Assembly: GCF_964188315.1 (NCBI RefSeq) | Contig: NC_135659.1 | Location: 84,630,001 to 84,694,000, forward strand | DNA: 64,000 nucleotides | Source of the DNA: Podarcis muralis | Taxonomy: Eukaryota | Direction of reading: 5' to 3' | In this document: positions 42,521-54,255 of the stretch, piece after piece | Layout: each line of letters starts with the position of its first letter | How positions within the stretch are numbered: the stretch's first letter is position 1 | The notes under the pieces: generated by a model | What the model was told of the DNA's origin: nothing | What the model saw: the letters and a program-made list of their open reading frames with translations, nothing else | Databases searched by the model: none | Program-made: the position numbers and the translations under genes

Positions 42521-45500
42521 GTAAGGAGCCAACCCACTCGCCGCAGCCCTCTCGGCGTCTCCCGAAGACCTTTAAGCCCTCCCCTCCTCCCCCACAGTTT
42601 ATTGTAGGGACGCGCTTGGAGAGATTTTGTCTTTGCAATTTTTTAAAAAGGGGAAGGGGGAAAAAAACCCCATCATTTTTATTTCAATCTTTCCCTCTCT
42701 GTTTCTCAAACCCCCCCCCCCCCATCCTTTGCAACTTGGACACTATTGAATCAGCCTCTCTGGAAGCCGACTAGTTTTCGCACCAACCGGTGCTTATTTT
42801 TATTTATTTTTTCAGGGCGGGCGGGGAGGTGAGGAGGGGGGGGGGGCAAGAAGACCGCTTTTCCGCCTCGTCCCGACGCTGCTCGGGTCCTGTCTCCCTT
42901 TTAAACTTTTCCCCCCAACTTTCTTCCACATGGTTTCGCACCTCTCTTCCCCTCCTCTCTTCCCCTCCCCAACCCCCTCAAATCCCCTTTGATCATCTTC
43001 GCGTTGCATCCCTGCTATGCGCTTTGCAACGAGGAGCCCTTGGAATTTTTTAAAAATATATATATATTATTTTGTACTGCAGTTTTCATGCCTCTAGAAG
43101 AGTAATGTTTTGCTTTTTAAATAATAATAATAATCACCATTTCCATAGCGTCGTTTCTCGTTCAGTTCTTTCTCTTTCTCCCTCTGAAATAGCGGCGGCG
43201 GGGGCGGGGGGGGCTGTCTGGTCTCTGTTGATGAACCCGCTGGTTGAAGTTCAAGCCTTTGATCATCAGTGGCGAAAGAAAGCGTGCCGGGGGGGGGGGG
43301 GAGAGAAACTGCAACAGGAAATAAAACGAACGTTCTGACGGTTAGGAGGCAGCCCCTTAGATTCCAATCAAATTAATCTTTCGGACTCCTTTCCCTTGCA
43401 CGCTGCTATTCAAGTTGAAATGCAACTGTTTCTAGCCTGCATGATTGGGGGGGGGGGGTTCCAGATGCACCGGGTTTTTTGTTTTTTTTTTTAAGGGCTT
43501 TCCCGGCGGCTCCAGCAGTTTGCAACTTTTTGGGACGGTGTTCTGCTTCGGTTGCAAACGGGGAGGAAAGAGAGGCTAGGAAAAGTTGAGCCCAGCAAGG
43601 AACGGGGGAGCAAAGAGGCCTGCACAAATGTTAACGTGGATTTTAGGTGTGTGCATGTATTTTAATGTAAGGTTGGTTAATGGAGAGAGACAGAGACAGA
43701 GAGAATAGTTTGCTAGGATTTTTGTTTCTGGGTAGCGCAGCTGGGAAGTTCATTTTTTTTCTGCCACCAGACCCACCCACTGAAAAAATCAGGTTTCCAG
43801 ATGATTGCCAACTTTGATTTGACATTTGATTGATCACCTGTCATCTTGCTGCCTTTGATCTATTCATTCTTGATACATATCAATAAATCACTCACTATGG
43901 TAACCTGAGTGCCAGTGACGCAAGTCTTGCCCTCTAGAATCTCTTAGCCAGACATTCACAATTATTATCTTGTTTGGCTTTAATGTGGGTGGGATTTTTC
44001 TTCTTCTTCTTTGTGTTCACTTAGATTAGAGCTGTACAGTGAAGCTAAGTTGTTGCTGTGTTGTTGTTGTGTTTTTTAAAAAAACCCTCCCCAATCCCCC
44101 CTCTGCCAGGAGGTCATCAGATATCACTTTGCAATTCCATTAGACACTGAATAATATAGCTTTGAAATGTGGGAAAGTTTCAGGATAGGCATTTGAGTAA
44201 ATCTTGCGCAGTACTGCTTGAGGACTATTCAAATGTGAAAATTAATCCTGGAGGGGAGAATGGGTTTGACAAACTTTTACAAACTTGACCCAGTTCAACC
44301 TTCGGCAATCCCCCTCCCCTATTCTCCCTAATATATGTCTATAGATTAGAAATTATAATTGCAATTCAAAGGCTAGTTACGATTATTTTATACAAAAGGG
44401 CTTTAGGTGACTACAATCAAAAGGCATAACTGAGACAATTTCTTTGGAGAGTATTATATGGGGGTTATTTTTCACTCTGCTGAGAGACATTTAGGACAGC
44501 AGTAACAGTATTGCCACATGGTTATTGCTGCACTCATTTGCCCAAAATAAAGAAATCAACCTTTCCTTATTAGCGGTACAAGTTTAGATTTTCCATATGA
44601 ATACAGGCCCTATGTACTACGATTCTGGTTCTTTATAAACTAAGACTCCAACGTCTCTTGAAAGCATTTCTGTTGCCATTGTGGGTGCTGGCAGCCCTGA
44701 TCCGCCATGTACACATTCCTTGATTTTCCTTTCCGTCGGACTTTTGAACACTCCTTCTTCCTGAAGTGTGCTGGAATTTAAGAGGTTAGGGATGCCGGAA
44801 AAGGTAGGTTCGTGTGCCACCTGGAAATAATATCATACAATAGGCATCTTGTGCATGATAACAGCCTCCTTGTTAATTACACTGGTATCATCCTTGGTCC
44901 TCAGCCAAGATGCCACTCCCCTGAAAAGAACTTTGGAACATTTTTTTTTTTTTTTGTAGAGGTTTTCAAACTGCTGGGTGACAGTTTGAATAACTTGGGC
45001 CCATGATATCCCATAATTATGTTGTGAAATATGTGCTCGGCTTTCAGAAGTTATTGCCCCCTGTTTAATATTTGTTTCAAGTTATGAGGGGGCTGGTTCT
45101 TTAAGGTTACATTTAACATAACAAATAGAGAGCAAGTTTCTACTGTTTCGGAGGAAGTCCTGCTTTGAGTTTACACAGTGTCTTTAAAACACCGTGCAAC
45201 ATTGTTCCGTTTCTTTTCATTTCCATTGCTCTAGTATACAGATTCTGTTTCATAAGGTGAAGGAGGTCTCAGAGGTCCAGAAGCCGCAACATGGCCTTAG
45301 GCAGAATGAGGAAGGTGTGGAGGAAGCAATTGATTATCCAGATATTTGGCACAACAAGTATTCTCTTTCGCCTTCTTTTAAGTGCAAGCTTTGTCATTCT
45401 TTAAAACAAATAAACAAATAATCTGCATGCTCGAGGAGGGACATTGGATTATGACATTGGATTATGCTTCGGGAAAAGTTTGCAACTTTTTAGGAAGTTG

Positions 45501-47207
45501 GTCTCTAAGGGAAAGGAAGGTATTAAGGTTTTAGGATCCTGCACATAGCTGCTTTGGCCATTGCTTGAAATTATATCCTATGCACAACTGTAAATAATTG
45601 CGTCCCAGCACTGACTTCGAAAGCAGGTTTCTCATTTGATTAATGAACGACGTAAAGGTTAGAGAGAACAAGCAAGTGAATCAGCAGGGATGTCCCGCTG
45701 CTTGATGAAAATCTACCTACATGGCAATTTCCACCCCTCCACCCCCCCTATAATTAATGTTAAGCCCCGAGATCCTTATATTGTATGTTACAGAATGCTG
45801 TAATGAAACTGGTGGTGTAAGTGAATAAGTAGGGGCTATTTGGGCTTGATGATGGCATATTTTGTCCTTAACTCTTTTTTTGTTGTTTAAATCGTACTTT
45901 GAGTCAGGAAAACAGCGATGTCAAACACATATGTTCCCCTTGACTCATTTCTCAACAGCACTGTTCTCCCCCCCCCCCCACTTCCCCAACTATTGTCTGC
46001 ATAATTCTTTGAGCAGATGTTTGAATATTTTTAGGTCAGTGACTGACATTACATCATACATTTATTTGTAATGATATATTACATGTGCATTGTTATCTTG
46101 CATCCCTAAAGAGCCCAAGGTGCTTTGCAGACTGTCGGTCTGATTCCCTTCTTCTCCCCTGGTTGAGAGATGGGAGGAATTCTCCTGTAGCCAATGGGAT
46201 TACATCGTGGTGAGAAAGATGAGCATTAGACCAAGAATGTTGTTTCTGAATTATAAAAAATGCAACTGTCTCTGGGGAGCAGCCATTGCATGACCCAACA
46301 CAATTGAGGGGAGAGGAAAAGCTAGGACTAAGACTGAATGGATATGTTAATTCCATTTTTATTTCTCTATATCGGAAATAGCTTTCATACCCAATTGCAC
46401 AGGATTAAGCCCTCCTCTCCTCCTACAGCTTGTCAAGATGTGCATATTTTATATTACAAATTGTGAATTTGCTGCGTATTGCTGGGGAATGTAAAATCTG
46501 GACTTAGCACTTTTCTTTTTCTCCCCTTTTGGTTCTCTCTCCTGTCTCTGCTGGGCCCTGATAGGTTGCCAGTTTAAGAAGCAAAAAGCTCAAAAGTACA
46601 ACACAGGGAGCAACCAGCTGCATTTACTTTGTTTACCAGAGCTAGAAATGAATAATGCAGATTTTGTTTTCATGAAAGTCCTTGTGTGGCAGTAAACATA
46701 AGACTATTAGCAATCATTACTTAAAAGTTGCAATTTGCACCTTAATAGTACCAGTTATTTAAATAGCGAACAACCGTTTCAGACGTAGCAATCCACCTTC
46801 TTCTGGGGTAGACTAGCAAGGTCTTAGGTCTCATATATGGCATAGTAAGAGATGTGTGCTATGCATATAATCATGATCAAAGGCTTTGCATTTATGCAAT
46901 GTTACTACACGCCTCCTTATTAGAAAGACAATAAAACTGGGTACCAAGCAAAATAGGCCTGAATGGTACTATAAAATAAAAATACATTGTCTTCCTTGTA
47001 TTCTCCTCCGGGAGATGAAGTACACTTCAAAGACACCAAAAAGACTCTTGCTTCAAAACTCTTCAAGTTCATACTTATATCACAACACCGACGGATTTCA
47101 TAAAAGCAATTTGGGTTCAAAAAGGAGGAGAGATATTTAACTTCTTAGGCAGAATAGAATGTCCCCATTCTTGGCTCAAAGCCCACCCACCCATTTGATA
47201 CCATCAA

Positions 47208-47405
47208 ATGGGCTGGCCGGTCCAAGAGGCAAGGTGAGGTGACCACCTCAAGCAGCAGGGTCTATCAGCAGATCCCAGTGTCAAACTTTCTTTCTTCCCT
47301 CCCTTCTTCCTCATGTAGATCTTCCCTGATCACTTTTTTCCTTGGTGGAGACCAAGGCCATCTTGGCATCTGTCTCCAGTGCCCAAAATGTCTTGGGATG
47401 GCCTC
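47208..47405. mobile_element. Degenerate CAGGGCCGG-type hAT-like MITE
   Basis: GGCCGGTCCAAGAGGCAAGGTGAGGTGACCACCTCAAGCAGCAG ... GCCCAAAATGTCTTGGGATGGCC; reverse-strand relative near 60255-60297. Confidence 0.4.
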
Positions 47406-48272
47406 AATCTGGATTGCATTTGGGGATCAGGCAAATGCACCGATCCATTTCTGGTTGTGGATTGGGCTCGTGGGACCACACCTGAAATGTGTGAGATGGG
47501 TGGCAACAATTGCACCACACATCTTTAACTGACATGGGGCGGAAGTCTCCTGGCCATTTGGCAGCACGATGATCTAACATGCAACCAATTTGCCATCTGT
47601 GTAGATTATTACTTGGGACACGATTTCCTCTGCCCTTCGTATATCCATTTCATTTTGTGAATCAGAACGGACCACCATATCAGCTCATAAGAATATGGTA
47701 TTTGGATTGCTATTTTTGTTGTTGATATGGACAACTCACTTCTGTTAATAGCTGGCTGCAATTTAGAAATTCCTCCCAATTTCTATGGCACATTTCATTG
47801 TGCATAAGGAGCATTGCAGTTTTTACCTTCCTTATTTTCACTGCAACTGGGTGAAGGTTAGGCTGAGAAAATGGCTTGCCCAGGCTGCTGGAAGAGCTTC
47901 ATAAATGATCAGGAATTTCATCCCGGTCCTCACCTGTAGGCAGCCTACACTTTCCTTGTAAGACACCTTATTTCTTTGCCTTCTGCTTCCTCCTTAAATC
48001 TCAAATGCCCACATGTGGTAAAGAATACTTTAACTATTTCCTTTTTCTGATCCAGGGATTTTGGGGACCTTTGATGAAAGGTGCTTCTAGTGGTCCTCCC
48101 TAACCTGGAAGCGAAACACACGCATAAATTTCTCATGATGTTTCTGACTTTCTCTGCTCCTCCATGATACTCAGTGAGAGTGGGCAGTGGGCCTTTTGGA
48201 AACATTGGTGCCCAGGCAGCTGGTCTAACCTAAGCTCAAGCATTTATTTCCCCATTATTTAGTCTGTTGCAC

Positions 48273-48621
48273 TAGAATCATAGAGTTGGAATAGACCACA
48301 AGGGCCATCGAGTCCAACCCCCTGCCAAGCAGGAAACACCATCAGAGCACTCCTGACATATGGTTGTCAAGCCTCTGCTTAAAGACCTCCAGAGAAGGAG
48401 ACTCCACCACACTCCTTGGCAGCAAATTCCACTGTCAAACAGCTCTTACTGTCAGGAAGTTCTTCCTAATGTTTAGGTGGAATCTTCTTTCTTGTAGTTT
48501 GGATCCATTGCTCCGTGTCTGCTTCTCTGGAGCAGCAGAAAACAACCTTTCTCCCTCCTCTATGTGACATCCTTTTATATATTTGAACATGGCTATCATA
48601 TCACCCCTTAACCTCCTCTTC
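48273..48621 (-). mobile_element. CR1 3' end, young subfamily, antisense to TSHZ2
   Basis: Near identical to 5793-6160. Confidence 0.95.
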
Positions 48622-50084
48622 TTGCTGTTGTGCCTTACATACAAGAAATGTTGCCCTGAGTTCTCCTGTGCCTCAGGGTAACATCCCATACATATGGGGG
48701 GGGGAGGTTTCAAAAAAAAATGGTTGGTTTTCTCTTATAACACACAGACAAAAACACAAAAGAAAAACATTACATTTGACACCACATAAAAACTTAACAA
48801 CAATAAAAACACACAAAATAAAAGAATATTTTTTTCTTCTTGTTCCCTGGTGTGTTTACATTGCTAAAAGACTTCCTCAACAGCCTCCAATCTGAATTTC
48901 ATCATATCACATATTTAGCAGTTCCCAATTACATCCCATACACATGAGGTGGTTGGTAGCTCACAAAAACTTATTAGGATGTCACAGAAGTCTTTGCTCC
49001 CCCCCCCATAGCTTTGTCCAACCCCCATTCAGATGAAACATTTACTAGTTCGCTGGGAGAGACGTCTAGTGGTTTTACACCTCTCTGAAGACACAGCTCC
49101 AAAAAAGATATTCCAAACCAGGGAAGGTGTATATGTTTGGTTTTTTACAAGCGACACTCAGGGCCCAGGTCAGGAGTTGCCATGTTTGGGCATCTGCCAA
49201 GAGCTCTCCATTCTAGCAGGCAGCCCACAGAAAAGCTTCCCCTGGATCTGCTGCGATAAAGAGAGAGACTCACCAAAGGCGGGGAGAGCATCTTGCCCCA
49301 ACTTTCCTTCCTGCCCAGAAAAAAAATCCAGGAGCTGGCACTCTGTCCAGTAAAGGCTTCCAGCCAGAATGTGATATTCATTATCCTCTAATAATTTTTT
49401 GATTTTTCAAAACTGCTTAAATATTATGCATGGGTGGACCCCCATAACTTTTTTTTTTAATTCAGTGCAAACTTGAAAACATTTTCTCCTTTCCCTGATT
49501 TTTTTTTTTTTTTTTTTGTCCAAGCCATAATCTTTCTTGATTTTATTTTCGGCAAAATACGGTGTCTGGTTTTCTTTCAGGTGTGGCCGCAGAAATATTC
49601 AACTTCAGTCGATGAAGTGCTGATGTTCAGTATCAGACAGACATAGAAATAGAAATTGCATTAAGCTGTTGTGAAGACTTTAAGAGTTTAAATGTTAACC
49701 ATAAGAAAATGTTAATTTGTGGCAGGAATCTAATCTGGTTATTTTAGTGGCTGAGACATTGGTTGCCAATGCAGAATATAGTCTTCATTTAGACTCTTTC
49801 GGATTGTATTGCAGACAGGGGAGCGTTGTGTAGGCAGCGCAGCACACGAAGTTTCTTTTCATAAAGCCTGGCTATGAAAATACCCCTTTGTTAATTTTAT
49901 TAAGGCATCTTTCTTTCTGAAATTAAAGACATTTGTAAAGTTTTTGCTTCCAGAACATGCTCGCACAAGCAGCAGGATGGTTTAGGGAGCCTGATAACTT
50001 GAGCCAGCTGGAAACATGTTTGATTCACAGCAGAAGATTTTAGTTTCATTCATTCAACAAATTGGAATGATTGATTTTTGCATT

Positions 50085-50088
50085 GTGT

Positions 50089-50166
<78 letters not shown>

Positions 50167-50170
50167 AAGA
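50085..50170. repeat. Compound (GT)n(GA)n microsatellite
   Basis: Direct reading. Confidence 0.95.
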
Positions 50171-50703
50171 AAGAGAATTTTGTGGGATTGTTGGTCCAAC
50201 CCAACAGACCGTATTCTTATGGACTGCATCCCGTTTTTACAAATGCTTACTCTGAAGTGACTGCTGCTGAATTCAGTGAGGGTTTATGCCTGAGCAAGGC
50301 TGTGTGCAAAGATTGCTGCTTTAGGCAGCAGTCCTACATCCACTGGGCGTAAACTCCATAGAACTTAATGGGTTTTACTTCTGTGTAGATTTGCAGAGGA
50401 GTGCACTGTTAGTTTCGTTCCAAGGCCTGGCACTGAAAGTACAGTGAGATTAGGCTCTTAATCTGAAAAATAAAAGGATATTGTTAAGGTTATGGCATGA
50501 GTTATTTTTTGCCCTTAGCCTTCCTGTAGAACTTCCCTCCGGAGTCTTTGGAGAGGTCTGGTTTTCTTTACTGTAGTCACTTTATAGTCCTATAACAGTG
50601 TTTCCAAATCAATGGCATTATTATTGCTATTGTGTTTCCTGTCAATTACAAATGGTGCTCTGAAGTGCTTTCTACATTCTCTTTGAAACAAACTGGAAAT
50701 TAA

Positions 50704-50741
<38 letters not shown>

Positions 50742-53685
50742 AGTGGGGCAAAATACAGTACGGCCTTTAAAATGTCCCTTAAAATGAGCAGGGGACCTGG
50801 GATTGCAGCAGGAGTTTACAAAGACAGAAGACCTGTGAATACTATGAACATCAGATTCACCCTACAACACATGACATATGCTCAAAGTGTCATTTAGGTT
50901 TAGAAACTGAAATAGTTTTTCCTCCTTACTAGGATAACCTCTGATGCAAGGCGCTTGGTATTTTGCCTCTTTAAAGCCATTTTTTAAACCAGATGCTTAA
51001 TGCAGCCTATTGCGAGCTAGGCATACCTTCATGCTGAAAAGCAACTAGGGAATGGTGTCTTTGTAAGATTTCTTGGGGAAATGGGTCACAGACGAGCACA
51101 GTTCCCCATTAGATTTACACATTCCCTTTGGCAACTGTTGTTGATAGTCACTTTTTTTTTTTAAAAGAGAGGGATTTAAAAATAGTTGAAAATACTAGAA
51201 TCAGGAGCTAAAGGTTTAGAATAGAAAAGGGGAGATGTTCTTTATTTCTGAAGAAGCACAGTTTTACCATCAGGAAGAAAAAGGCCTAACATTATCTACA
51301 AAAAAAGTAATAAGCTCTGGAGCAGGGGGCGGGGGAGGGAAATACATTGTTTATGATCTATGGCCTGCAGTAATACTGTTTAATGGTCTCCAAGAAATCT
51401 GGCCAAGGCGAAACCGAATCTCCTTTAGGAATATCTAAATGTAAATAAATGTGCATATGTGCATCTCCATGCTCTCAGTTCCCACACGTACATTCTTCCA
51501 CATCCATACCCAGGCGCAAATAAAAAGGTTATAGAAAAACAAGGCACTGAGAGTTTTGCTGATATGAAGTCTTAGTATTCCAAACTGCTAGAGAGAGAGA
51601 ATTTTTAAATGCTCAAAACTGTTTGAAACAGTCGTTTTGTTAAAAATTGATTCCAAAATTTAAATAAATGTGCATTTATGTGGGTCTCCATTCTCAGTCC
51701 TGTCCACACGTGTATTGTTTTAAGCAACCCATTGGGAGGCTATAGAGAAGTGTGACCCTTGCAATCTTGCTGATAGGAAGATTTAGTTTTCTAAATTGCA
51801 GAAGACGGAATAAATCTTTATATGCTCTGTGCCACTTGAGACAGTTGTTTTGTTAGAGAACAAAAGAGCTCCCAACTTATCGTGGGGGGGATATTAAGTC
51901 CCAACATAACAAAAAACTTAGCATGCTTGTGCTGGTGGTATAAATTGTAGGGAAGGCAAAAAGCAAGCTGCTTCCATCGGTTTGCTCTGCTTTGGCTGCT
52001 GTTCGCCAAGTGCAGATGTTCAGTTCCAATTGATTCCACCACCCGTTTTCAGGTGCTGCTACGAAGTTCATTTTGATGAAATTTTCTATTAGGAGCAATT
52101 AAATTCAAACATATTAATAGCCAGGAGCTGTGCTGTAATGCTTATGCGTTTGTGGCAAATGCATTCTCTTCCTTTTAAGCTCTTTGTGATAATAAACATA
52201 ATATTGTTCAACTTTATTGGGGGAGAGAGAGAAAATTCCGAGGGAAAAGTTGCCGCATTAGTGCTGCATTTTTATTGTATTAATGTAAATGAGATGCCGT
52301 CTTTGCTCTTTCATCTCTGCATATTGTATCTATTATTTCTCTATCTTGCTCTTTGCTGGGTAAGTGCCTATATTCTCCTCCTTGCATTCAGCATAAAACT
52401 GCTATCATCTAATGATACCCTACCTCATTAAAGTTGTTCATGATGCAAAGGGGAGTGTGATAGGCACCATCTTCTCTACCTTAAATGGTTATGGAAAAGC
52501 AGAGCCATCGAACGTGTGAAAATAGCGTGATCCATCTTGAATAACCATTAAAATTGGGCATGTCAGAAAAAGAACAACAGCAGCGACAGAAACTTTTTTT
52601 TTTTACTGGGGAAGAACAGATCCATAGCCCCAGGTGGCAAATATGTGAAGCAATAAGGGTTTTAAGAAGCTTTTGGTTCTTCCTCTATCACTCTCAGAAG
52701 ACTACTTTAATTGAAAAACCTGTTGTGCCTGGTTTTCTGTATGTATACGAGGAAAAGCCCAGTTTTCCTAAAAGATTTGTATTTTGGCTTACCATCATAG
52801 TTAATTTTTAAAACAACTTCCCAACTCTTGTTTTCTCTCCTTTGAACATCAAACAAAGATGTAGCTGATCTTAACTTGTAAAGAATTCTAACTTGTAAAG
52901 AATTCTATTGCTATTATAACTAAAAAAAAAAAAAATACTATTAAATATTCCCAAGGTGTCACTCCTACATACAATATTTGGCCTGTTTCTGTAAGAATTC
53001 CTGTACAATCTGCCCTGGGAAAGGATGCACCATGGTGTTTGCTATTTTAATGAAAATAATTATATCCATCAAAATCTACTGTGCGATTTCAGCTAACCAT
53101 GTTTAGGAAAGAAAAAGGGATGGAATCAAAGGCATCAGAATCCAGAAGTTAAAAGCCTGTGTATTTCTCTGGTCTTTTCCGCTGATACTACTGAGAGGTC
53201 CTTCTGCGCAGTGGTGAAAAGTGGTTTGGTTTATGAGATGGCATAATGATGCACATCTTGCAACACCATCATTCTCTTAAATCCCCTTCAAAGATTGCCA
53301 GATCTGTAATTCTATGTGTACACAGGTGATCATCTCATTTTGTTCCAGACGGTAAGTGACTTTTTCTAGGAAAAGAGCCGGATCTCTTAAAGCATGTCAA
53401 TTTAGGGGCAGGAAAGAGACAAACAAAGGATGCCAGCTAGAGATGTGTGCCAAACTCTTCATCCTGCAGTTTGAACTGCAATATTGATAAACCTGGCCAA
53501 AGCAGCCATGAAGTAACCAGTGGGGAAGAAATAGTAGTTATGAGTGATAGGAGCCGTCTTATGTCCTTTAAAATGGAGAAAGGTAGGATACAAAATGAGG
53601 AAAGGTAGGATACAAACTAAGTAGTCTGGAGCTGCCACAGAAGCTTGTATAAATCTGCCTGGAGAAGTTGCATGTATTGATAGGA

Positions 53686-54037
53686 GTAAAGGTAAAGGGA
53701 CCCCTGACCGTTAGGTCCAGTCGTGGCCGACTCTGGGTTGCGACGCTCATCTCACTTTATTGGCCGAGGGAGCTGGCGTACAGCTTCTGGGTCATGTGGC
53801 CAGCATGATCAAGCTGCTTCTGGCAAACCAGAGCAGCGCACGGAAACACCGTTTACCTTCCTGCCGGAGTGGTACCTATTTATCTACTTGCACTTTGATG
53901 TGCTTTCGAACTGCTAGGTTGGCAGGAGCAGGGACCGAGCAACAGGAGCTCACCCCGTCATGGGGATTCGAACCGCCAACCTTCCGATCAGCAAGTCCTA
54001 GGCTCAGTGGTTTAACCCACAGCGCCACCCGCGTCCT
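53686..54037 (-). mobile_element. Sauria SINE, full length, antisense to TSHZ2
   Basis: Complete element; TSD ATTGATAGGA (53676-53685, 54040-54049). Confidence 0.95.
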
Positions 54038-54182
54038 GCATTGATAGGAAAGGGTCTACAAATGTGGCGCTTAGGCATTCGCTGTTTCAACATTGCTGAG
54101 GCATCTGTCTAAGCTATTTTACTTATTTAAGCAGTTGAATTTGGTGGATATGCACTGTAACATCAGCTTCCTTGATGGGCAA

Positions 54183-54255
54183 ATTAGCACCACAATCCTA
54201 TAGATGTCCTTTCAGAAGTAAGCCCCATTGAGGTCAATGGGACTTACTCCCACCT
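54183..54255. mobile_element. Small old palindromic MITE remnant
   Basis: AGTAAGCCCCATTGA-GG-TCAATGGGACTTACT central palindrome; related degenerate copy near 50330-50410. Confidence 0.5.

Larger units (their letters stand above)
41480..43340. promoter_or_regulatory. CpG/G-rich promoter and first-exon island of TSHZ2
   Basis: Visibly higher CpG and G-run density than flanks, no TEs, surrounds exon 1; boundaries by eye. Confidence 0.7.

Noticed and set aside
42481-42774. 97-aa ORF starting MPRRKQQAPKRAAGKEPT as a complete small protein
   Set aside because: Only the first 40 nt match TSHZ2; the rest is read-through past the GTAAGG donor into intron 1
52053-52365. Cryptic 307-nt exon (TTTTCAG| ... 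TGG|GTAAGT)
   Set aside because: Non-triplet length, AT-rich with stops; splice-like pairs of this quality are expected by chance in a 21-kb intron
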